From: Bugula neritina
Taxonomy: Eukaryota; Animalia; Bryozoa
Direction of reading: 5' to 3'
NCBI GenBank assembly: GCA_964035545.1
Contig: OZ037766.1
Location: forward strand, 10,654,722 to 10,718,721
Length of the DNA stretch: 64,000 nt
Part shown: in pieces, positions 56,401-64,000 of the stretch
Position numbering within the stretch: the stretch's first letter is position 1
Layout of the letters: each line of letters starts with the position of its first letter
The notes under the pieces: model-generated
The model's input: the letters and a program-made list of their open reading frames with translations, nothing else
What the model was told of the DNA's origin: nothing
Databases searched by the model: none
Program-made: the position numbers and the translations under genes

Positions 56401-59400
56401 AGCTGTAGCATATGAAAAGTGAATATATGTTAAAAATTCATTCAAGTTTTTCATTTTAGCCTTTTTATTTGAGAGAAGATAATTTCAAAGCTGGCCCCCA
56501 AACTTTTAATCTAATCAATAAAATTAAAAAGTATTTTAATGGCATGAAAAAAATTATGTTCCTTATTGATTTTTCAAAGCAAATAGTGAGATGCTAAATC
56601 AAGTGCTTGAGTACCTTTGTATTTGGAAAAGTGGGTTGTTCATGCCATAGCTGGCTCTGATTATCATAGACTGCCATTCTGTCTCGTTCATCCATGGATA
56701 GTACTTGAAGGTGACATTTGCAGCAGCTATATCCTGTATTAAACTAGTCATTGCGTCCACAGTAGCAAACACTTCGCTCCATACAACAGGGTCTGTGTTG
56801 TTTAACTGAAACAGTATGGGCCAAAAATAATTACAAATACTGAACATGTATACATGCATACATACATGCCTGTAAATACAAGCACGTACGTGCACTTATG
56901 AATTGTTATTATTGTACAGCCTACATATTACACTTTTTTGCTGGATGTTTTATATTAGTTTATTTAATAAATATTAAGCACAAAATATATCTTATAACAA
57001 TTGGTATGCCTGTCATAGGAAATAATATTTTTATCAGTATATATATACACTTCACAATATTTAAGCATTGTATAGTTTGAAAGAGCACATTATGAAGTAT
57101 GATTCTAACATTTGTTTCTGACTTTTGGAAGGTTTATACAAATTTTAATAAGGTAAGCAAAGAGTATATATACTCGTAGTTTAAACAGAGTCCATCAATT
57201 TTTTGAGCTAGCACATTAGCAGAGTGTACTAAAAAACTGTGGATTGGTTCTCATAAACTGCCACAAAAATATGTTAACTGGCCAATTAGAACATTAAAAT
57301 GTTACTCACACTGTAGTCTTTTAGCCTGCACATATATCATGTGATTGGGTATTGATTAATTAATTTGCAAACTTGGCAAGCAGCCAAAATTTACAGGAGC
57401 AAGCTTTAGCATTATCAACTCCAAAAAGCAATTGCATAGCTTCAGTTTCAAGCCAACATAGCAGTTTAGCTGTTTTACTGGTGGTAAAGTGAATTACTTA
57501 CATTTATAACAGCCATATAGTTTATGTAACCACAAAAAGAGCATAACTCCCACACTTGACTGACCTGACTGCGTATATGTGCAACTTCAAGATCAGTAAC
57601 GAGCTCGTGATACACAGCCGTCCAGTTCACTGAACACACATACGCCTTCACTCCATCTATGTCTACTGCCGGATCTAAACCAATGCTGAAGTATTCTCTC
57701 CAGTCGGCAGCACACAGGGTAGGAAGTATTTGATCCGCAGGCAGCTGAGCTAGGCCGGCCAACTAAAGTCCAAAAACACACATACGTGTCCAAAAGCAGC
57801 AAATTGGAAAAACTACCTGCTGACTTCTAACATAATTTTGTTGTCACTCTTATTTGAATGTTTTCTGTTTATAGAAAATGATTTGAAGCAAAACACCTGT
57901 TTGAAGCTTGCGGAGAACTTTCAGTGAGTATGAACAGGCAAATTGTAAATCTAAATCTTACAGCATTATTGACCACAATGTTAAATTTTTAACTCAAGTT
58001 CAAGTTCTAAACTCGTGATCTCCGTTATACTGACCTTGACACTAGAGCCACTCAACAGCAGCAGATGAACAACATCTGTTGAGATGTTGAACACTTCCAT
58101 GGCTTTGGAGGTTTCTGGGTAGCCTTTAGAAAAGTCTAGAATGTCTACTACTGACTGATTGAAGGGCTGTAACTTTCGTATTGTGACATTAGCAATGGCC
58201 ATAGCAGTGTGTATGTAGGGTATCAATTCTGGTGCCAGTGTGTTCACATCAATACTCTGCAGCATGGCTTGAATGCTAAATAATAGACAACGCACAATAC
58301 AAACATCTCATCTTTAACTAAATTGTTGCTATATTTGCTGGTGAAACATCAAATTCTTTGGTACAGCACTTACTAGTTGGGGTTGAACCCTTGGGATCCC
58401 ATATTTCTCAACTCCTGATCTATGTTCTGTATTGCTCTCTCCCAAGCTTCTGCTTCTAAGGCTTTGCCAGCACGATTTGGAAAGGCACTGAAGAAGTTTA
58501 CCATCTCTGTGATCTCATTGGAGAGAGCTCTACTAGAGGCCAGAAAAGCTACAGTGCTGAATGGTGACGGTGCAATGCTTCCATTCAGAGATTTGATCTA
58601 AAATTTATACAAAAATGTATAGTTTATCACAATATTTTACTAAATAGACAAGCAAAGTCAACCAAATATGAACTACTACCTTTAAAATTTTGTAATCATT
58701 TACAGCTTTGCAAATTCGAGTACCGAGGGATTTTGTATATACGGAGCCTCTATTTAAAAAATGAATTTTGCATAATAAAGTATCGGAATAAATGCAAAAT
58801 TCTGAAAGTCTAGATGCTAACTTGTCCATACAGGCCATCAAACTAGGCTTTTGCTGAACCAACTATAAATGATATTTGATTCGTGTCATCCATAAAAGCT
58901 TACTTGTATAACTGAGCAATAACTTACAATATTATCAAACTCAAGCTGATCCTCTGTTAACATTCTCAGATCCTGAATTAGTCCGTCAACGTATGTAACA
59001 TCACATATCAGTTTCTGTATGTGAGTGAAATCTCCTTTGTTACCAGATGGCACCACGAAGTAGTTCTGGTATTGCACTTGGTCTAAACTGCAGAAGATCT
59101 CCCCGGCAGACTGTCCCGGGGCCGTCTGAGTCAGAAGGGTGACAAAGGACTGCAACTGTAACAAATTCTAAGTATTAAATATATAAATATGAGAGCTTAT
59201 ACTTTATTATTTAATTGTCGGATTAAATTACATTTGATGGTGGTGATAGTAGTTAAACCACTAGTTAAAGCTTGTTTTAATACAAACAAAATGAAATAGG
59301 CATAATTTTGCAAAAAACTAATTTAAGACAGTTTTAGGCAGCATCAAATATTCAGTAAACTATCTTGTAAAGTAGTATTTCATGCACAAAGAAAACTCCG

Positions 59401-62400
59401 CTTGAATTAGAGGTTTAAATCCATACGACATGTGCATACTGAACATACATATAATGGTTTACTCACAGCTTATTCATAGCAAAATATCCATCATGAAGTA
59501 CAAACGTGCTCTACTATGATGTAACATTGATTTAAGTATTGCTCTGTAAACTCTAGCAATTCTGCATCTTAGAACAAATGGTTATCTATAACTATTGGTG
59601 AGTTTAATCAAAGTCCACTTACCTTGGCTTGGTCGACAACAGAGGTTATCACAATAGATTCCACAAAGTCGGGGAGTTGTCTATACAGCTGATCAATGTT
59701 GGACAGCTCATCGAGTCCAGACAAAAAGACACTGTCATTATATCCTGTAGCTCTATATGACTCAAGAGAAGCAGTAATATAGTCAACTATAGCCTTGGCA
59801 GTGTTGAGAGCTCTCAGCTGATCAGTGCCACCATTCACATATGGGTCAATAACAGGAGCTAACCCATACATCATTGCCACATACCTGAAACGATATTTGC
59901 ACTAGTAAAACAGTAACAAATAAACATTCAGGATTTTAATTTAAACTTTTGCTGAGAAAGAAAGTTTAGGTGATTACAAATTAAAGTCTATGTATATATC
60001 TATTTTACAAGTATCTAGAAAGCATAGTAATTTTAGATACTCTGGACATTCGGCAACTTTTTGATCATTAAAATCAAAGCAAATATATTATAATAAAAGC
60101 CTTGAAATAAACAATTCAGTCCTTGCAATTTTAGACATATAAAGTAATATTGGTTCGGAAATTATAAACATTGTTTATAGAAATAAAATGAGGTTTTAAT
60201 AATAAACAAACTAACATGTCAACTTGTGAAAGACCTTGGCTCGCATGAATCGTGTAATTCTGTACTTTGCCAAGAACTGCTACCCACACTGGTCTGTTCA
60301 TCCACCTGGGTGGGTTGAAGGTCAAGGACTGGTTTTGGTAGTTATACAAGAAGAGATCTTGCATTGCCATTGCATAATCAGTTGATACGTTAAACATTCC
60401 AAGGAAGACATCTTTTAGCGGCAAAGCATCTTGAGTGTTCATCTAAAACATTCAATCAAATTAAAGAAAGATAGTAATACTAAAAGAATCTATAATAACT
60501 CGAGGGTCATAGAAGCAATTACATATTCTGTTAGTACACATTAATACATAAAACTGGACCTAAAATTTTTTATTATCTTTTTCATGAAACCTTGAAAATA
60601 TTTTTGATAATTACAAGTATTGCTGCCAAAACCTCTGCATAACTAAAACCAAGTGTAATGACTTAATATAAATATGATAAACAAACTAAACATACATATT
60701 TCAGAATATCACTGAATCCATCAATATCTTGTGAGAGTTCATCAATAAGAATTGTAACATTGATGCGCAGAGCGCACATTGATCTCTGCATGTCTGAGAG
60801 TTGAACAGAGCTGGATGGTGGCAGAGAGAACAGGAGCTGAAAGGTGGTAAGGTTGGTGCACATGTCCTCAAATAGTTCTGGCGTCAGCTGAACTGTCGCC
60901 AACTGTAACACAAGTGAGTAAAACAGAAGTTAAATTTACAATCTAATACAGAGCATATGTCAACTAATTACATCTATATGCAAAATAATGTAGCAATGTG
61001 CAAACGACTGTATTAAAGAAGTATTAAAAAGTTTGTGAACTAGTAAAATTTTTACTGCATTCTACAAAGATTGAGTGCATTGCGACTGAAAAAAAAACAA
61101 TTAAAACCTTTAAAAAAAAGAAGATATTTCTCAAATTAGCTGTGCAAGTAACAGGTAAAACTTAGTATAACCGCTAGCAAAATCACAAACTCGTTGGGCA
61201 GAAGAAATATGGCAGTAAATTATTATAATAAGTATACTAATATATTAAAAATCACTTTTCAATGCAATCTCTAAAAGTGGTTTAAAAACAGTTGAGTAAC
61301 TTCATTTCAGACACAAATCTATCAAATTTAACTGCCTTTTAGTAACGAGAAAATGTAAGAGTAATATTGTAGAGTAACAGTTAACAACTGTCACCTTAGT
61401 AGGGTCATTCATCAGCTCGATTAGCGAATAGAGAAGAGTGTCAGTCATTTCCGGAGCATACTTTAGAGCTTCCAGCACATTCTGCAGCTGGCCAGGTAGT
61501 ACCAAGTCATGTAGACCAACAGAACCATTGTTAGCTCGAGCAGAATCTAAACCAGCAAACAACCATGATACAGAATAACATAATTATTTTAAATTATATT
61601 TTTTAAAACACATCAAAAATAACAAAGCTTAAGAAGTAAATAATGGAAATTTAATAAAATTATCGATATTGATTAAGTATTTCCTTACTGAGTATGGCTC
61701 TGAGTTGCTGCAGAGCTACTCTGTTATATAACATCTGCATGTGAACCTGTCTGGCAACGTCTAGCCACACGTTACTAACAGCGAGTCCAATGTTGTTCAA
61801 CATAGTCTTATTTTCCAGCTGACTAGTGATCTGGTCCAGAATTTGGGGCCAACTGCAAAGATACGCCAAGGTTAGCTCATCACAATATGGCCTATTATTC
61901 TTATACAGGAAAGTAAAAGGAGCAGTTTTAGTCTAGAGGCAAAGTTATAAATTGAGGCTTGAATTTCAAACCTAGAGACTTTTGAAATATAACATTTGAG
62001 AAAAAGAGTCTAGAGGCAAAATTATAAACTTGATTAAAAAGATTAAGTTTTGTTTCCCACAAAACCTAACTAAATTCACTAAAACTAGAAGAGGGGACAA
62101 TTTCCAATTAAGGCTTGAATTTCCAACCTAGACACTTAGAAGTATAATATAGGGAGAAAAAGAATAATATAATTGTATCAACCAACTGTGAAATATCTTG
62201 CTGAAGGAAATTATCCAGTGCTGCCTTGTATTTCAAATTGTTGGCCGTGAAGTTAAAACTAGCTTGGAGCGTAGGAAATATCGGGCCTCTGAAGCTTTGA
62301 AGAGAAATGATGCCTTGTACCATTTCACCAGTGTGGTTTGCAAAAGCCACGTAATCAACAGCAATGTCTGTGAGGTTGTTATACACTAGACCTATAACCA

Positions 62401-63630
62401 GTGGCTCAACCTACAATTAAAACAATATATACTAAGAAATCTTCAAACCTGATTAATTTATCATATAATTAAAATATCTATTTCATCAACTACAGTGTGA
62501 ATTAAAAAATCAGCTCAAAATAGTTGAACACATAATTGATAGAGCATTGCATAGTCTAAAATATATCTTTTTATCCTTAATGGCTTGAATAGCCAAGTTT
62601 CGCAACTTCTCTGAACAAGTTAGACTGAGGATAAAGCTTACAGCTTGAGTGACTGCCTTAGACACCCTATCCGTCTGCAACTCAGCTAGGAGTCCCTGAT
62701 AGTCAGTCAGCCCGCAGAAGACCTCATCCACGACCTTGGCATCTGCCTCACTTTCAAACTCAACAAACTGAGATATAAAGAGATCTCTACAGTACACACG
62801 TCCAGTCAAGTTCCTCGTAAACAGTTCAGTTGTCAGCTACAAAACAGATATATAAGATTACCAATTAATGTTTTCTACCAACACATTACACAGCCCATTA
62901 GACATAGCGAGTATTCAGTGAAGCCAAACTTTTCTAGCATTAAAAATAATAAATCATCTGCCAATATTGTGGAAAATCTTCATTTCCTCAACTACTAATT
63001 TTTTCGAGTTTAGATTGTTTTTAACCAATTACTTTATAAATACTGGGACTTCCATTTCAAATCTTTATTTTGCTTGCAATAAGTTAACAAATATATGAAA
63101 CATCAAATTATCTTGTAAACACGCATGTTATAGGCCTTTGGGACTTAATGCTGTTGAAATGCAGTTCAAATGATAACGAGATAAGAGTATCACACTACGA
63201 CAAACATGCATTAAGAAAAAAATGCATTGTGGTACATAGAAATCAAAGTCTGCATCTTATCTTAGAGTCTTGTGATGGTTTACATTACACTAATCTTGTA
63301 AATACCTCTATTGTAGGTATTTATATTCAACCTAAGTAAACAATATCCAACCCATTCAATATATTATTGCACCATCAAAAAGAATTGGATCTATTCTTCT
63401 ATATCACTGGGCATGTGATAAACAACAGGTGTTACACTTTTTCACTTAGACAGTATCGCCAAATCAAACTAGGAATAATATTATGTATATTTGACAGTAT
63501 ACCTTCATAGGGTCAATAAGGGTATTGAATACTGTGTCCACAATAATAGGTGGCAGTCTATTCTGGTTAATGATGTATTCTCGAATCTTGGTAGAGTTCT
63601 CAAACAGAGTGTTTAATGTAAGGCCATTAG
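18755..63630 (-). CDS. ABCA: Giant ABC transporter subfamily A (full transporter, ABCA1/4/12/13-like), 5'-partial; at least 79 exons and >5,300 aa within the window
   Basis: Phase-compatible exon chain from 63503-63630 down to the TAA at 18755-18757 (15,929 coding nt). Contains the ABCA ECD1 motifs [22 protein letters not shown] and [21 protein letters not shown]1, NBD1, ECD2/TMD2, NBD2 and a C-terminal VFIQFA. No start codon or TM1 seen; the gene continues past 64000. Confidence 0.95.
19468..19500. repeat. Perfect 16-bp-arm palindrome in the last ABCA intron
   Basis: ATTGTAATCAAGTAAA-T-TTTACTTGATTACAAT, with looser outer arms (CAGCAACACA / TGTGTTGTTG). Confidence 0.9.
22236..26730 (-). CDS. 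ABCA: ABCA exons: TM7, ECD2 and TMD2
   Basis: Exons 26594-26730, 25998-26171 ([24 protein letters not shown]), 25232-25324, 24641-24880, 23833-24131 (RYGGW...[25 protein letters not shown]), 23374-23599 ([17 protein letters not shown]), 22867-23044 and 22236-22471. Confidence 0.93.
22588..22737. mobile_element. ~150-bp MITE-like element, copy 1
   Basis: Imperfect ~19-bp terminal inverted repeats (CAGTAGTGGGGAAATAGAGA ... TCTCAATTTCTCCATCACTG); colinear with the reverse complement of 47531-47680. Confidence 0.75.
26821..26892 (-). pseudogene. tRNA-like sequence (tRNA pseudogene or head of a second SINE family) in an ABCA intron
   Basis: Minus strand reads GCCCCTGTGGTGTAATTGGTTAGCGCGTCTGCTTGCAAGCCAGAAGTTTGTGGTTCGAATCCCAGTGGGTGC. 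A-box and B-box (GGTTCGAATCC) are clear, but the acceptor, anticodon and T stems are imperfect. Confidence 0.65.
27267..30100 (-). CDS. ABCA: ABCA exons: NBD1 and regulatory domain 1
   Basis: Exons 29972-30100, 28990-29137 (Walker A GRNGAGKT), 28559-28693 (GLCPQ), 28355-28438, 27950-28197 (LSGGMRRR; IILDEPT; THHLDEAD), 27590-27715 and 27267-27469. Confidence 0.93.
30369..36412 (-). CDS. ABCA: ABCA exons: conserved C-terminal half of ECD1 and TM2-TM6
   Basis: Exons 36247-36412, 35769-35945 (SSIVCG), 35013-35266 (HCDDIRK...[16 protein letters not shown]), 33316-33494 (DCISLDR), 33002-33211, 32479-32776 (LQQMPATCY; TM2), 31896-32086, 31378-31516, 30696-30906 and 30369-30479 ([18 protein letters not shown]). 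Confidence 0.92.
31561..31690. repeat. ~48-bp tandem repeat, ~2.5 copies
   Basis: AAACTTTAAATT(C/T)TAACAAGTTC(A/G)AATT...ATAAGAA(A/T)ATAT repeated. Confidence 0.8.
33499..33650. repeat. Interrupted (TA)n microsatellite
   Basis: Visible TATATA runs interrupted by TG/CA. Confidence 0.95.
34433..34626. repeat. Minisatellite, 14-17 bp unit ACAGTAT(CAT)GTGTCAG, ~13 copies
   Basis: Directly visible tandem array; it explains the three overlapping Cys-rich ORFs at 34415-34771. Confidence 0.95.
36700..63630 (-). CDS. ABCA: ABCA exons: tandem array of at least 15 ECD1 modules (~3,380 aa, 48 exons)
   Basis: Frame-compatible exons: 36700-36900, 37248-37352, 37731-37890, 38089-38291, 38619-38785, 39858-40017, 40153-41169, 41404-41833, 42129-42298, 42563-42764, 43169-43446, 43800-44007, 44404-44640, 45298-45506, 45765-45947, 46189-46444, 46547-46770, 46929-47043, 47741-47927, 48689-48819, 49077-49303, 49564-49776, 50061-50314, 50771-50933, 51162-51346, 51678-51786, 52056-52248, 52467-52660, 52943-53143, 53554-53675, 53878-53999, 54311-54510, 54820-55032, 55523-55647, 56059-56192, 56615-56805, 57565-57762, 58035-58275, 58374-58597, 58928-59155, 59623-59884, 60216-60442, 60696-60902, 61395-61546, 61689-61852, 62187-62410, 62642-62836, 63503-63630. 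Amphipathic-helical pattern, many N-x-S/T sequons, recurring Cys pair. Confidence 0.85.
37459..37580. ncRNA. Inverted repeat made of two divergent minimal type I hammerhead ribozyme motifs (Penelope-like element remnant)
   Basis: Plus strand 37522-37561: AACT-CTGAAGA-T-AGATAC-AGTG-GTATTC-GAAA-TATA-AGTT (core CUGANGA/GAAA, stem I AACT/AGTT). Minus-strand arm: AAAT-CTAAAGA-T-GGCTTC-AGTG-GTATCC-GAAA-TAAA-ATTT. The consensus of the two arms gives a perfect stem II, GGATAC/GTATCC. Confidence 0.65.
38449..38580. repeat. Interrupted (CA)n microsatellite
   Basis: Visible CACACA runs. Confidence 0.95.
38894..39438 (+). mobile_element. 5'-truncated RTE-clade non-LTR retrotransposon (C-terminal RT region plus 3' tail), antisense within an ABCA intron
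   Basis: ORF 38930-39367 carries RTE-type motifs [33 protein letters not shown] and [12 protein letters not shown]. The 3' end has short repeats (AAGTGAGAAT AGGTGAGAAT). Target-site duplication ATTTAAAATAAT at 38882-38893 and 39439-39450. Confidence 0.9.
42889..43096 (+). mobile_element. tRNA-derived SINE, apparently full length
   Basis: A-box TGGTCTAGGGG and B-box GAGTTCGATCCC, body GATGTTAGGAAGGGCATCCAGTCATAA. Flanked by a degenerate 16-bp TSD, GCATATGTAAATAATA (42873-42888) / GCACATGTAAATGATA (43097-43112). Homologous copies lie at 15.8 and 16.1 kb. Confidence 0.85.
45583..45725. repeat. Degenerate local repeat, 3 copies of TTTATAGTATCAATTGAAATGGC
   Basis: Copies near 45583, 45646 and 45697 within a short intron. 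Confidence 0.75.
47531..47680. mobile_element. ~150-bp MITE-like element, copy 2 (inverted relative to copy 1)
   Basis: TIRs CAGTAATAGAAAAATTGAGA ... TCTTAATTTCTCCATTACTG; internal identity to 22588-22737 (e.g. TAATTTTATTATTAAATTTTGGTTTG, ATCTAGAATACAGG). Confidence 0.75.
48101..48395. mobile_element. 13-bp tandem (ATGGGCAATATAT x4) next to a probable foldback-type DNA transposon remnant
   Basis: GAAGGTCCATTGGTCCGA (~48164) is inverted relative to a run of degenerate ~16-bp GGACCAATGGACCTTC-like units (48330-48380), resembling modular terminal inverted repeats. Confidence 0.45.
53144..53553 (-). other. Non-canonical GC-AG intron in the ABCA gene
   Basis: Donor AAG|GCAAGT. Read-through hits TGA two codons later, and the next exon needs phase 0. 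Confidence 0.75.
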
Positions 63631-64000
63631 CTAAATGAATAACATATTATACAGAATAACATTGTTGTTAATAAAAACAACTGCATGTATGTACAGCACA
63701 TTAGAACTGCAAGTAGTCATCATCATAACACTAAATTCTGCTGCACCCCACAGTAAGATTAAGGCTTACTTGGAAACTTAATATACAAATCCGATATTGT
63801 TTCATCGTTTTATTGATATAAACAGTCTCCATTACCAATAAAATGCTTTTTGAAGGTAGGTAATTGCATAGCAAAAGTGTTTGCTTTATTTTGTTTGCTA
63901 TAAACAAATACAAAACTTTTTGTAAACCAAATTTTTAACCCTATTTAAAATTTAAATTAGTCTATATGGCATGGCAATATGTTAAACTGTTTTTCTGCAA

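Noticed and set aside
61930-62145. Short local duplications (GTCTAGAGGCAAA.TTATAAA; AGGCTTGAATTTC.AACCTAGA)
   Set aside because: Ordinary small intronic duplications with no sign of function.
19631-62389. Many short plus-strand ORFs overlapping ABCA exons (e.g. 20685-21074, 23946-24176, 26429-26755, 40145-40369)
   Set aside because: Antisense shadows of real minus-strand exons; no domain motifs or splice chain.
36700-63630. Interpreting the repeat exons as a cluster of separate small genes or as mutually exclusive (Dscam-like) exons
   Set aside because: Different exon types alternate in a fixed order and chain in one frame with no starts, stops or intergenic gaps, which fits a single tandem-module protein.

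Overview
AT-rich, intron-rich eukaryotic (probably invertebrate animal) genomic DNA with two convergent protein-coding genes. (1) Plus strand, about 8.1-17.5 kb: a 7-exon ankyrin-repeat/SOCS-box (ASB-like) gene of about 781 aa. Its SOCS box is internal and is flanked by long, apparently disordered regions rich in short motifs. (2) Minus strand, 18.75 kb to beyond the window end: a giant ABCA-family full transporter. By hand I could chain 79 exons into one open frame (15,929 nt, about 5,300 codons), and the start codon and TM1 are still outside the window. The C-terminal ~1,930 aa are a conventional ABCA with intact catalytic motifs. The remaining ~3,380 aa are at least 15 diverged tandem copies of a ~200-230 aa extracellular module. 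Each copy has a Cys-x(~17-25)-Cys pair and resembles a segment that occurs once in ECD1 of ABCA1/ABCA4, and each is encoded by a recurring 3-4 exon cassette. This serially amplified ectodomain is the main candidate for a novel system. The introns carry a 5'-truncated RTE LINE with a TSD, tRNA-derived SINEs, a MITE pair, an inverted pair of Penelope-type minimal hammerhead ribozyme motifs, and micro/minisatellites. One intron is GC-AG. All exon coordinates were read by eye and need RNA-seq confirmation. Homology statements come from remembered family motifs, not from searches.
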